Assembly (NCBI RefSeq): GCF_011386835.1
Contig: NC_088796.1
Location: 54,622,001-54,686,000 of the forward strand
From: Chrysemys picta bellii
Taxonomy: Eukaryota
DNA: 64,000 nt
Direction: 5' to 3'
The stretch's first letter is position 1, and each line of letters begins with the position of its first letter. The notes beneath the pieces were generated by a model, which saw only the letters and a program-made list of their open reading frames with translations, ran no database searches and was not told where the DNA came from. The translations under genes were made by a program, and so were the position numbers. Below are positions 1-12,970 of the stretch, piece by piece.

Positions 1-119
1 AAGGGTGGGGGAGAGCAAGCAGTGGAGGGAGGGAGGATGGAGCAAGTGGGGGCAGGGCCTCAGGGAAGGGGCAGTGCTGGGGTGTTTGGTTTTGTGCAAT
101 TAGAAAGTTGGCAACCCTA
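1..119. mobile_element. Right end of a non-autonomous hAT-type DNA transposon, cut by the window edge
   Basis: G-rich interior ending in GTTGGCAACCCTA, the reverse complement of a TAGGGTTGCCAAC-type hAT terminus. The left end and TSD lie outside the window. Confidence 0.6.
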
Positions 120-300
120 CTTGCTGTGTCACCTTGGGCAAGTCACTTCCCCTCTATGTTTACCCTCCCAATCTTTGTCTGTCTTGTTTATTTAGAGTGT
201 AAGTTCTCTGGCACAGGGACTGTTTCTTACCATGAGTCTGTACACTATAAAGACCTGACCTTGATTGAGGCCTCTATGCATTACTGCAATATAAATGTTT
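120..300 (+). mobile_element. CORE/MIR-like SINE fragment
   Basis: Contains a MIR-core-like TGTGTCACCTTGGGCAAGTCACTT followed by an L2-like tail (TTTAGAGTGTAAGTTCTCTGGCACAGGGACTGT). Confidence 0.6.
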
Positions 301-390
301 AATGCAAGTTTAGTGTCAGAGTAATATCAATCACATCCTATGTCTGGGAGTAATATCCTGCCTTAGCAGGAAGGTAGCCTTGATGACTTA

Positions 391-461
391 GGACCTGATC
401 CAAAGCCCACCAAAGTCAATAGGAGGCTTTCCTTTGACTTGAATGGATTTTGAATCAGTCC
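391..461. mobile_element. Short palindromic MITE, PIF/Harbinger-like
   Basis: Imperfect TIRs GGACCTGATCCAAA / TTTGAATCAGTCC, an inner AAGTCAA/TTGACTT palindrome, and TTA on both flanks (388-390, 462-464). Confidence 0.6.
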
Positions 462-1873
462 TTATCTCTAATTACTATCATCCTGTTATCCAGATGAAAT
501 AAGTAGGATTGTCAGGGACAAGATGCATAATAGCTCTATTACCATAACACATTAATCTTGCTTGTGAACCTGTCTTTCTGAACATTTAAAGCTATTTAAA
601 TAAATGAGAAATTATCATTAATAAAAAAACCCATTAAAGAATGTCTGAGAGACACAAAAATGTCTCCGTGTGTGTATGGTGGAGATAGAAAAGCAGCATT
701 GCTTACCATAAAGAGGAGAATTTCATCATGCCAGGTGTTGACTATTCTTAGCTGGTATGTACTATGGGCATGAACAGGGATCCTTCTTAGAGGTCATAGT
801 CTCTTGCCCTAACTAAAATGGATTACTGTTGTGTGGGCGTATGGTTTAGAGCAAAGGGCGGAGAGACAGCAGGATGCTGGACTAACTGTGGTTACATTTC
901 TGGCACTCACTACCACACTACCCAAACTCATTACCACACCCACTATCTTCATTAAACCAGTGGGAAGTTTGGAGAAAAAGAAGAACCCTATTGAAATCAG
1001 ATGCTGTATCTGAGATTCCCTAGGTAAACAATTTTGCAAACCAGCAATATGTGAATTATATACTAGGTGTTTACCATAATCATTCCTAAATATGCACAGC
1101 AATATAGTCAGAGATATCACTAGACATTTGTTTAACCTTCAAGTCTGTTTTAAACTATTATACTTTGTCTGATGTTGGGGCAAGGTCACTTATACATTTA
1201 CATGCTAGCACTAGTGCTTATAAGTAACTGTGGTAAAAAAAGAATACCCTGTTCTCAAAGTGCCCCAGATGTTGCTTTTTGAAGGGATTTCTTTATTACT
1301 GATGTATTTAGGTTAGCCTTTGAAGGGGTTTATTTGTTTATTACAAATTTATTTATACAGGAAATATTTTAAGCTAAATCATATATCTTGTTTCAAAGTA
1401 TAGCATTACAGACAACCATAGTAGTAAACATCAATTTCTAACTCAACAATACACACATGCTATCCATTGACATAAAATAAATCAGTACATAAAGTTTTAG
1501 AATGAGTCATAAAAGTCTAACTATTTGTTGACATGATTATTTCCAGTTCTGTGCTGCAGTTAATTTCTAGAGAATGCAAACACATATGGAAAAGATACTG
1601 ACACATTGTGCCTCCACTATGCAATGTGGGCTTGAGGCTGCATTCACAATGGTGTGAGTAACTTGATGGAATCATGCTGGTGTAATTCTAGCGTAAGCAA
1701 GAGCAGAATCAGGTCCCATGTGACTATAGCCAAGCTACTCTTAACAGTTGATATGAGCAATAAGTTCAGGTGACACAAACAACTTTTTAATACCAGTCCC
1801 TGTAACCCAAAATACATCTTGGAAAAAAAGGACAGAAATTTTTACTAACAAACCTATTGTAGTTATTCATAAT

Positions 1874-2664
1874 TAGGGCTGTCAAACTATTAAAAAATTA
1901 ATTGCGATTAGTCACACGATTCAAAAACTTAATCGTAATTAATCGCATTGTTAAAATAGAATATCATTTATTTAAGTATTTTTGGATATTTTCTACATTT
2001 TCAAATGTATTGATTTCAATTACAACACATAATACAAAGTGTATAGTGCTTACTTTATATTATTTTTGATTCCAAATATTTGCACTGTAAAAAAAAAAAA
2101 AACAGTAATTTTCAGTTCCCCTATTGCAAGTACTATAGTGCAATCTCTACCATGAAAGTTGAATTTACAAATGTAGAATTGTGTAAAAAAAAAAAAAAAA
2201 CTGCATTCAAAACCAAAACAATGTAAAACTTTAGAGCCTCAAGACCACTCAGTCCGACTTCTTGTTCATCCAATCGCTCAAACAAGTTTGTTTACATTTG
2301 CAGGAGATAATGCTGCCCGCTTCTTGTTTACAATGTCACCTGAAAGTAACAGGCACTACAGGACTTGTATGAGATGAATTGAAAAATACTATTTCTTTTG
2401 TTTATCATTTTTACAGTGCAAATATTTGTAATCAAAAATAATAATATAAAGTGAGCACTGTACCCTTTGTATTCTGTGTTGTAATTGAAATCAATATATT
2501 TGAAAATGTAGAAAAACATCCAAAAATATTTAATAAATTTCAATTGGTATTCTATTGTTTAATAGTGTGACTAAAAGAGTGATTAATTGCTATTAATTTT
2601 TTTAATCATGATTAATTTTTTTGAGTTAATCGCATGAGTTAACTGCAATTAATTGACAGCCCTA
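1874..2664. mobile_element. Non-autonomous hAT element with long subterminal inverted repeats
   Basis: TIR TAGGGCTGTCAA / TTGACAGCCCTA. Perfect 8-bp TSD TTCATAAT (1866-1873, 2665-2672). About 1960-2100 is the reverse complement of about 2400-2545. Confidence 0.92.
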
Positions 2665-4768
2665 TTCATAATATCTCACATGTAAAAACATGTGGCAAAA
2701 CAACGTAGCAAAATCAGCCTTTCAGCTTTCTAGGGGAGGTTCTCCAGTTTCATTAAATGAAGAAAAATTCACTTTTCTTCACCAAAGGTTCTATTGCTAA
2801 TTTCACCAACACAATTCTCCCCAATCCAAATTCGTCATTCCTTAGGACCATATATCAGGAGAATGCCCATCTTTAGCACTGATTCTATGTGTGGATCCAA
2901 AACAACCTACTATGAGCTCAAGGGGAGCTTAAGACTGTCAAAGGAGTAGTCCATACATGATAGACATCTATATAGACATGTAAATAGTTAGATATGTAAA
3001 TGGGATGTTAACAGACAAAGTGCCAGTAGATGGTGCTCAAGAATATGTAGCATGGATTCTGGGTTTAGTTGGACTAATGCAACTTGTTGTCATACACTAC
3101 TAATGGACTCTTCTGGTCATTCTTTACAGGCAGCATTTAACAGTGATCATATTTTACATTATAAGTGGGTGGTTTAAAACTGCAAATTTTAGAAGTAGTT
3201 AGGTCACGGACCAAGATTCTGCTCCTGTTAAAATCAGTCTTATTGATTTATACTGTGCAGGATCAGGCTCTGATATTATCTTGCCATTTTCCATCTTATT
3301 ATAGATGGGATAAAACAACCGCTGGTAATAAGCAAACAGATGTGGGGAGAAGGGAGCGGTAGGAGAAGAGTTACAGTTAAAACATGCTAACATCTTGATG
3401 GTTCCATTAAAACAAGAACTGAATTATATCTCAGTGACAGGGCAGAAACTAAAATTTTGGAAAGATTTGAACGAAGACCTTGTAATGGCTATGGACTGTG
3501 TTGTGCTCCTGAGATCTATTCACAGAGGAGGCCCTCCATGCATGGCTCTTAGACTTCAAGGGGGTGAGGAAAGAAATCAGCAACCTCAACAACACAGTCT
3601 CCTCTTTTCTTGTTTCCCAGGAGGATGTGGAACTGAGATCTCAACAGCAGGAGTGGACACTCCTTATGATGGCTGTAGTGGATAGGGACGAGACACTCTG
3701 GGAGCAGGGCAAGAGGTGCACACATTATCTCATCTTTTGTGGCCCATGAAGACTGCCTGGGAAAAAGGGCTACATTACCTTCTATGAAAGCCTCATCCAC
3801 TCTGGAGGACCCACCCACACCCACACCTTCCACTTTAAACAAGGTTCTGGGGATGCACACAACTAGAGCTGGTTGAAATTTGGACAAAAAATAGTGACTT
3901 TTTTCCAATCAACATTTTTCAATTCAATTGAAAAAAAAACTAGCAATATTTCTAATTTCAAAATATTTCAACTCTCTCTCTCCACCCATAGCAAGAGGCC
4001 CTGGAGGCTCCATTGCAGCCATGTGACAGGAAGTCAAGAGAATGCAAAGGCTCCAGAGCAGATGAGGAGACATAGTGGGTGAAATCCTGATACCGTTGAA
4101 GTCAATGGCAACACTCCAGTTTGCTTTGTTCAGTAGGGTCAGAATTCCAACTAGTGTCTCTGTGTGGATAACCCTGGCTGGCTTGCAGCTGGACTTCTGG
4201 CCATCCTGTGAGTGTTGAAGGGATGGACTGAAAGGGAGAAGCTTTGTGAGGGAAACCTTGGAAGTGTTTTCCTCCACCTTATCCCCTCACCAGAGTATAA
4301 CTATCTCAGAGGGTGAGTCAGGCCCACATGCCTCCAGATTATCCTTTTTGGTATATTGACTGCTCCTAATAGCCAATGGGAACATGCTGAAGAATAAGAA
4401 ATGGAAATTTCACTTGAATTTGCAGATTATCTAAGAAGCTATTTTAGACTTTACATTTAGAATTTCTTTTCCTTCACACTTGCCTGGAATTTACCTATCT
4501 GAGATACAGGAATGATTATTTGTGCTGCAGCTGAAGAGTTTTCTAAAACTCTTACTCATATACTTTTCATTTTTAGTAAGAGATTAACTTTTAGTTTCCC
4601 TTCTTTTCCATTTAGGCTTTAGCGCTTTGTGCTCTAATTCTGTAAAATGTGTTTTGGAGTAAGCCTAAATATGGTCTGGTCCTTTCATCTCGAATAATGT
4701 TTTAGGCATTTACATGCATACAAACATTTAAGACACATTTTAGAAGCATCTATCTATATACATATATA

Positions 4769-4999
4769 GGGCAAAATTCTCCAATTTGGGTCCTTAAAAT
4801 TGGGCACCTAGATTCATAATGAGGTGCCTGACTAAATGGCCTGATTTTTCCAAGGCACTGAACCCTTGCAAATTTAATTTAAGTCAATTAATGGAAGCTT
4901 CAGGTTGCCAGCACCTCTCAGACGCAGGCCACTTATTCAGGTGCTTAAAATATAAATTTAGGTAAGTATCTATAGATATCAAAGTTGAAAATTTTTCCC
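4769..4999. mobile_element. Old palindromic MITE (AGGCACC/GGTGCCT-motif family)
   Basis: Degenerate termini GGGCAAAATTCTC / GAAAATTTTTCCC with mirrored GGCACCTA/AGGTGCCT motifs inside. Confidence 0.45.
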
Positions 5000-5523
5000 A
5001 TAACTTTTATTGAATACACACACCCCTATTATATTATATGCCTATATAACAAAAACCTAATGTTATGAAGTGCTTTAAGAATCATCTGCATGAAAAGTCC
5101 CATGTAAAATTGAGATCATTGGCTACATGTGGGTTGTTGGGAATGAGGCTCAGATTTGAGCCTGCTGCTACAGAGTTTTACTTCTAAAAGTTCTTATTTA
5201 AATAATGTTATATTAACAGTGAAAAACACCTCCTGGATGTTGTTGTAGTTTTAGGAGCTTTTCCCACTATTGTTATTCCCCGCTATTTTTTTCATTTCTG
5301 CTCCTTGCTGTGCTTTATGATCATGGTGATGGTGAGTATAAAAGTGAGAATCTAAATAAACTTACAAGATACATCTCATTAAGAGGAGCCTTTTATGGTG
5401 TGCATATAGAATTTTTTAATAGGCTGCATATTCCTTTATGGACTATGGACTATGGAAAATGAGGAGGTTAGTTAAACAGAAATTAAAAGGTACAGCGCCA
5501 AAAGTGAAATCCATGTAAGCTGT

Positions 5524-7547
5524 ATGGAAACTTTTTAAAGACACCATAATAGAGGCTCAACTTAAATGTATACCCCAAATTAAAAAACACAGTAAGAGAA
5601 TCAAAAAAGTGCCAATGTGACTAAACAACAAAGTAAAAGAAACCGCGAGAGGCAAAAAGGCAAAGTTAAATCCTAGTGAGGAAAATAGAAAGGAGCATAA
5701 ACTCTGACAAATGAAATGTAAAAATATAACTAGGAAGGCCAAAAAAGAATTTGAAGAACAGCAAGCAAAAAAGACTCAAAAAGTAACAGCAAAAATATTT
5801 TTTTAAGTACATAAGAAGCAGGAAGCCTGATAAACAACCAGTGGGACCACTGGACGATTGAGATGCTAAAGGAGCACTCAAGGATGACAGGACTATTGCG
5901 GAGAAACTAAATGAATTCTTTCCATCGGTCTTCATAGCTGAGGATATGAGGGAGATTCCTAAACCTGAGTCATTGTGACAAATCTGAGCAATTGTTCCAG
6001 ATTGAAGTGTAATTAGAGGAGGTTTTGGAACAAATTGACAAACTAAACAGTAATAAGTCACCAGGACCAGTTGGTATTCACCCAAGAGTTCTGAAGGAAC
6101 TCAAATGTGAAATTGCAGAACTACTAACTGTAGTCTGTAACCTACCATTTAAATCAGCTTCCATACCAAATGACTGAAGGATAGCTAATGTGACGCCAAT
6201 TTTTAAAAAGGGCTCCAGAGGTGATCCTGGCAATTACAGGCTGGTAAGCCTGATTTCAGTACTGGGCAAACTGGTTGAAACTATAATAAAGAACAAAATT
6301 GTCAGACACATAGATGAATATAATTTGTTGGGGAATAGTCAATATGGTTTTTGAAAAGGGAAATCATGCCTGACCAATCTACTAGGATTCTTTGAGGGGG
6401 TCAACAAGCATGTGGATAAAAGGGATCCAGTGGACATAGTGTACTTAGATTTTCAGAAAGTCTTTGACAAGGTCCCTCACCAAAGGCTCTTAAGCAAAGT
6501 AAGCTGTCATGGGATAAGAGGGAAAGTCCTCTCATGGATTGGTAACTAGTTAAAAGATAGGAAACAAAGGGTAGGAATAAATGGTCAGTTTTCATACTGG
6601 AGAGGGGTAAATAGTGGTGTCCTTCAGGGGGCTGTACTGGGCCCAGTCCTATTCAAAATATTCAAAAATGGTCTGGAAAAAGGTGAGGTGACAAAATTTG
6701 TAGATGATAAACAATTGCTCAAGATAGTTAAGTCCCAGGCAGACTGCGAAGAGCTACAAAAGGATCTCTCAAAACTGGGTGACTGGGCAACAAAATGGCA
6801 GATGAAAATTCAGTGTTAATTAATGCAAAGTAATACACATTGGAAAACATAATCCCAACTATACATATAAAATGATGGGGTCTAAATTGGCTGTTACCAT
6901 TCAAGAAAGAGATCTTGGAGTCATTGTGGATAGTTGTCTGAAAACATCCACTCAACATGCAGTGGCAGTCAAAAAAAGCCAACAGAATGTAGGGAAATCA
7001 TTAAGAAAGGGATAGATAAGACAGGAAATATCATATTGCCTCTATATAAATCCATGGTATGCTCATATTTTGAATACTGCATGCAGACGTGGTCGTGCCA
7101 TCTCAAAAAAGATAAAAATTAAAAAAAAATTATATTGAATATATTGGACTTGGAAAAGGTTCGGGAAAGGGAAACAAAAATGAGTAGGGGTATGGAACGG
7201 CTGCCATATGAGGAAAGATTAATAAGACTGGGACTTTTCAGCTTGGAAAAGAGACGACTAATATAACATGATTGAGATCTATAACATCATGACTGGTGTG
7301 GAAAAAGTAAATAAGGAAGTGTTATTTACTCCTTCTCATAACATAAGAACTAGGGGTCACCAAATGAAATTAATAGGCAGCAGGTTTAAAACAAACAAAA
7401 AAAAGTATTTTTTCACACAATGCACAGTATACCTGTGAAACTCCTTGCTAGAGGATGTTGTGAAGGCCAAGATTATAACAGGGTTCAAAAAAGAACTAGA
7501 TACGTTCATGAAGGATAGGTCCATCAACAGCTATTATCCAGGATGGA
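5524..7547 (+). mobile_element. CR1 LINE, 5'-truncated ~2 kb ORF2 (reverse transcriptase) fragment, disrupted by stops and frameshifts
   Basis: Conceptual translation gives CR1 ORF2 motifs (KSPGPVGIHPRVLKELK, NYR-VSL, YLDFQKVFDKVPHQRLL, KF-DD). The CR1 3'UTR start follows (GGATAGGTCCATCAACAGCTATT). Confidence 0.95.
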
Positions 7548-7588
7548 CCGGGGCTTTCCCTGGTGGGCCGCGTGCCAAAGGTTGCCAA
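7548..7588. mobile_element. Isolated terminal remnant of a hAT-Charlie-type MITE fused to the CR1 end
   Basis: CCCTGGTGGGCCGCGTGCCAAAGGTTGCCAATCCCTG resembles the right terminus of the element at 40911-41179. It is followed by GTCTATAG, a Charlie-like target. Confidence 0.55.
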
Positions 7589-9529
7589 TCCCTGGTCTAT
7601 AGCTCTGTCCCTGAAATGAAGCATTCACAGCAATCTGTCAGAGGGAAGGGTTCTCTCATGGAAAAGCCACTCCCAAACAGTATCTATGCAGATGCCTCAG
7701 ATACTATTCCCAGGGTTCTGGTCCTAGCTCCCCTCCACTCTGCTCCCTGGCAGCACAACACTGGTGGCACAGTACCTAGAGAATGGGTACAGGAGCCCAC
7801 TAGGTAGAGTTTCTCCTGGGGTGGTGGTGTTTTTTTAAAAAGGATTATGTACTGGGTTGTATTCACCTCTTCAAGTTATTTCTGCTGGGCTGGAGGGAGG
7901 ACAGCGTGCATCCTCTTTGTCCCTCTTTCTCCTGCCTGCCCAGACCCACCACCTCCCAAAAGACCTCAGGCAATTTGTATGTTCTCTGCTGGGTCTGTTT
8001 CATGAAGAGGACAAGAGATTTGTGCATAGATACAGGATACAATCTGGCCCCGTGTTCCTGTTATGTTAGGAAGCACAGAAGGTTTAAAAAAAAAAAAAAC
8101 ACTATTGTAAGCAGCAGGAAGCAAAACTGTCTTTAACTTGTGTTTGTAATTGCATTGGCGGTCTAGTATAGATGTGAAGCACGGTTGCCAAAAACATAAA
8201 GTCCTAGAGGGTACAGATGGCTTTGAATGTGTGAAATAGCCGACATCTGTGACATGAGGGAGCAGCTGAGGCCATATGGTAACACAAGGCCTGAAAAACC
8301 AACTGTCTCTCTCTAATTAAAACTTTTACGAGTAATATAATCTTGAAATCTAAATTATATGATACCAGAAGTTTGGCCAGTTGCCCTGCTACTTAACATT
8401 ACTACCCCAAATGCCAAAAATACCACTTTCTCATTGTTACTCATGGTAACCTACTGTATCATGATTAGCCCTAATTTAGGTTTAATTCTAATTATTCCTG
8501 CATCCAAATAACCCCATCCTTAAGGGAGATGAAATAAATAAGCAAGTTTTTAAAAGTCAAATTAGTGATGTCTTTTTGGATATAGAGGAGAAAAGGAGAA
8601 ATAAAAGCAGTAATGGATTTTTTTTTCTTTTTTTATAAGTCAATGTTGTGCTTGTGAAAGGTCCTAGATAGGAGACAGGCACACCGCTGCATTGGGGATA
8701 GTTGGTTTGGGAGATGGGGTTAGTGCCGATACAGGCTTTTTTGAAAGTTTTCATCTCTCTTTATGTGGTATAACTAGTTCTCATGTATGCTTCTTGGAAT
8801 TTAACAAAACAGAGTTTGCCTCTGACAGGTAAAGATGGTTGACATTTTTTTCCAATTTTTGACAAAAAAAGATTCATTTTTATAATCTTTGCTCGTTTTT
8901 TTTCCATTAGATTGTCAAAACATTTCAAAGATTTTAAATTCCAGGTTAAGAATAAAAGGTTAAATTGTCCATTCTTCCACCATCTACTGCCAAGTTCTAA
9001 TACAGAAATCCAGATAAATAGTAGACATAATTAATAACAATGGTGATATAAGTATGACAGTTCCAAAATGCAGAATCCATATTTTGCCCTCTCCTTCCCT
9101 ACTCACCTGTCCTCCATTTTGTTTGCCTGGGATTGGCCATAATCTTTCTCCTGTAATTTTCTTGCAGATTGTCTGTCAGATCACATATCCCTATATGCTG
9201 AATTGAACACTCTGTTCAGTGCATTATGGAGGTTTCATCTTCCTTTGAATATAACCACATTTTACAATAAACCCATAGTATTTGCCAATGTAAAAAAGTC
9301 AAAACACTGTACTTGATAGACCTGGTAATTTGATCTGTATGATAAATCCTATATTACACTATCCAAACATTTCCTAAGGGAGGGAGGGATGAAACTTGTT
9401 TGGAAAATAAAGGCATTTAAGATTGCAAAATGTTATTCTGAAAATTCTCCTCACTGGTAACCTCTCTGTTTTTTATGCATGTTTTAAAGGACAACTGGAG
9501 AAAATGTGAGCTAAGTTGTGTGTGTTTAT

Positions 9530-9775
9530 TATTAGTCATATAACTAGAGCACATAGTGGCTCCAACCAAGATCAGGGCACAAATGTGTTAAGCATTGCAC
9601 AAACATGTAGTGAAAGACATTCCCTACCCCAAAGACCTTACTGTTTAAGTAAACAAGAAATACAATGGATGGGAGAGGAAATAAAAGTACAGAGAGGCAA
9701 AATAAGGTCACACAGCAGCTCAGGTCTCCTAATTCCCAATCTAGTCCTCAATCCACAAGACCATACTGCCTCCCA
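9530..9775 (-). mobile_element. tRNA-head CORE/MIR-like SINE
   Basis: The minus strand starts GGGAGGCAGTATGGTCTTGTGGATTGAGGAC (tRNA-like head), then GCTGTGTGACC (core) and an L2-like tail. Confidence 0.6.
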
Positions 9776-10444
9776 TGTGCCTTTTGAAAAACTAACTCAC
9801 ATAAGCTCACTGCAACTTGGATTGTAACACCTCAAATCTTTGCTGCAGCAAACTGTATAGATATTATCACCAGTTATTTTGAGATGCTCCAGTCTTTAAA
9901 TAAAAATTCACCAGGAAATAAAAGAATTGCTATACTGTATTTCTTGCTGTGGATTTCTAAAGCCATATCAAGTGGCCTCATTATACTCAATCAGCAATTA
10001 CAATTAAATAGTCCAAATCATAGACAATGATATCAGATAAAGTGGGATTCAGTAAGCCAGAAAACAAAAAGCTAATGTTTTAAGGACTTCTGTCAAAGTA
10101 AAGAATCTGATTTGGACTATTATATGGCATCTAAAATTCAATCAAAATAGCTGTACATAATCAAACTCCGTACTTAGCAAGCCAAGAAATGACATGAGAA
10201 AAGGGAGCTCAAAGCTGCAATCTATACCCTTGCATGTTCCCTTCAACTCTTGGTTCTCACAATGCAATTTCAAAATTTTAATGCCTGTTATAATCTGTGA
10301 ATTCAACTGTGCTTGGTGCAGTGGACCTTTTCATTATTTTGATTAGCTGATCCTCTCAAGTCTCAATCTGGCTTTTGTAGGAAGAAGAGATAGGGGAAGG
10401 GTTCCAAACAAAAAATAATGTTGAAGATTGAAGTTGTACAGGAC

Positions 10445-10599
10445 CAGGTGCGCCGGCAGCTTTTCTGCCACCCCGAAATGCCGCCCCCCACAGAGGCGGC
10501 GGAAGGTCCTGCCGCCAAAATACCACCGCGGTCGCCGCCCCCCAAATTGTAGCGCCCTAGGTAACCACATAGGTCGCCTAATGGGTTGTGCCGGCCGTG
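10445..10599. mobile_element. GC-rich hAT MITE, internally deleted (155 bp)
   Basis: Perfect 8-bp TSD TACAGGAC (10437-10444, 10600-10607). CpG-rich interior. Degenerate CAGG...GCCGGCCGTG termini. Confidence 0.8.
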
Positions 10600-12188
10600 T
10601 ACAGGACGCATCAATCCCATAGTGATGTTCTTTCTCAGTAGTAATGAGAACAGAAAATGCCCAAAGACAATGGCACAAAAGGTAGAATTTCATTCTGAGT
10701 TACAGCAATGTGAATCTAGAGCAACTCCACTGAAACTGATTGGCGTGCTCTGGATTTTCACTGGTGCAACTCAGAGCAAAATGTGACTCATCCTGTAAAA
10801 CAAATAACATCTCAGTTAGAATGTTGGTTCTCCATATCTGCCCACCCTCTAATGAATTAATCACTGTGAACTGACACCAAAACATGAAATGGGAAAACAA
10901 CCTTTTGGTTTTGTGTTTAATTTTAGTTATATATCTGATATGCCCCACAACTCTTTCAGTTTGCCTGGACACTTCCTGTCCTTCTGCTACTTTAACATAT
11001 GCTAGGGCCAGATGAATGAGAATCAGGGAGCCACAACTAGTTCCCTGATATCCCCTTTTCTCCATTGTGCCTGATCCGAGTTAGGGCACAGTGGAGAATC
11101 AAGCCCTGTATTTCCATTGTTGTGGTAGAGCATGGAGAAGGGAAGAATAACCGACAATTCTGGAAACCAGCAGTTTCCTCCAACTACAGCCAGATCCTGA
11201 TTTTCAGAAGTGCTCAGCACCCAGCAACTCCCATTGTGACATGTACGGCTCCCACTGTGGGGGCTCCTTAAAGCACAAATGCTTCCTATTGGCCAGATTT
11301 TCTGAAGCCTGCCTTACACTGGAAAGGACAGTAGGCAAGAATAGTCAGGGCCCCACATATGGATAATATATAGCCTGTAGTATAAATAGAAAATGGAACT
11401 ATATGGTCTAGCCCTGCCATTGTTCTGATTTCACCAATGTCATTGGAAGATGGGGATATGATTTAACAGCAGAATCAGGCTTATTGTCTTTATTCAACAG
11501 AGGAAATGGTTCAGAATAAAAGTTAGTCATTCAAAAAGTTTGATGGAAAACTAATAGCAACAAAAAAAGGAAAATATTTTCAGGTGTTTTCTTATTTTGA
11601 AGTTTGTACAGTTGTACAGTTAAGGAGGGAGTGAAGGAGGAATTGTATCAGTTCACTATCCTACCTGGAATTGGCTTTCAACAAACTTTCACCACCATTT
11701 TCCAATGACAGATGCTAAGTATAATGCTTTAAGTTTTTCTAAGTCAGTCAGCTCACAGCACTGTGCTTTGATTGAAATTTTACATAATTGAAGATTTCTT
11801 TTGGAGATCCTGAGCATTACCGAAAGGAACATGTGACATTAGAACAGCAACAGAGTCTACCAACCGCAATAATTCATGTGATGTTGTAGAGGAATCAGGA
11901 ACCATTTAAATGTGTAAGGCAGGATGCTGTAATAAAGTCTGTAGAATGGTAATGTAGATATTAACAACTGGATGTGGTAGATGGAGTATAAAATAGAAAG
12001 AGGCAAACAGGCAGTTTGATTTAGAAAAAAATTATCACACAATTAAATTTTTAATAAATAAAAATGTTATCCCTGAAATAAAACCAATACTTAATTTAGG
12101 TGTTGGTGAAGTTATAAGTAGTGGCAGGGTGATGAGCAAGCAACTCAGGTGACTGCCTCGGGCATGCTGGTTAGGAGATTGTTACTGT

Positions 12189-12428
12189 GGCCTGGTCTAC
12201 AGCTTAAACATAGGCTGATGTAGCTATATCGCTCAGGGCTGTGAAAAATGTCATGCTCTGTGTGACTTAGTTAATTCGACCTATCCTACACTGTAGGCAC
12301 AACTAGGTCAATGGAAGAATTCTAGCTACCACCTTTCAAGGGGGTGGATTTACTACTGCAATGGAAAAAAACCCTTTCATCACTTTAGTAAGTAAGTAAC
12401 CATTTCCACTGGCTTAACTGCAGCTGTG
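12189..12428. mobile_element. Harbinger-type MITE, right end lost at the Penelope junction
   Basis: Begins GGCCTGGTCTACA, the TIR type shared by the other Harbinger MITEs here. It stops abruptly at GCAGCTGTG. Confidence 0.6.
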
Positions 12429-12874
12429 TGGCTAACGTGGTTAGGTCTATGATGGTGTCCCTTGAAAAGATATGTGAACAGAATAGGAGGGTAGCAGGGT
12501 TTGTTTCCTGGGTTGGTGTTTTTGTTGTGTGGTGTGTGGTTGCTGGTGAGTATTTGCTTCAGGTTGGGGGGCTGTCTGTAAGCAAGGACTGGCCTGTCTC
12601 CCAAGGTCTGTGAGAGTGAGGGATCATCCATCAGGATAGGTTGTAAATCCTTGATGATGCACTGGAGAGGTTTTAGTTGCAGGCTGTAGGTGACGGCTAG
12701 TGGCGTTCTGTTACTTTCTTTGTTGGGTCTGTCTTGTAATAGGTGACTTCTCGGTACCCTTCTGGCTCTGTCAGTCTGTTTCTTCACGTCACCAGGTGGG
12801 TATTGCAGTTTTAAGAAAACTTGATAGAGATTCTGTAGGTGTGTGTCTCTGTCTGAGGGATCAAAGCAAATGCA
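12426..12874 (-). mobile_element. Penelope-like element fragment (RT C-terminal / linker region)
   Basis: Track ORF 12380-12946 contains DPSDRDTHLQNLYQVFLKLQYP, RTPLAVTYSLQLKPLQ and LAYRQPPNLKQIL, typical PLE sequence upstream of the GIY-YIG domain. Confidence 0.9.
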
Positions 12875-12970
12875 ACAAAAAACTTCAAAAACAGACTCCA
12901 ACGTGAAGCTGCAGAACTGGAATTTAATTTGCAAACTGTATACCATCAGATTAGGCCTGAATAAAGACTC
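12873..12970 (+). mobile_element. Penelope-like element fragment (GIY-YIG C-terminus) in opposite orientation
   Basis: Plus strand reads QQKNFKNRLQREAAELE, then a frameshift to ICKLYTIRLGLNKD. This matches the same region of the minus-strand copy at 38310-38410. Confidence 0.85.

Noticed and set aside
809-1120. 103-aa minus-strand ORF with a possible acceptor at 1019
   Set aside because: No recognisable domain, a short polypyrimidine tract and open competing frames. It cannot be distinguished from chance.
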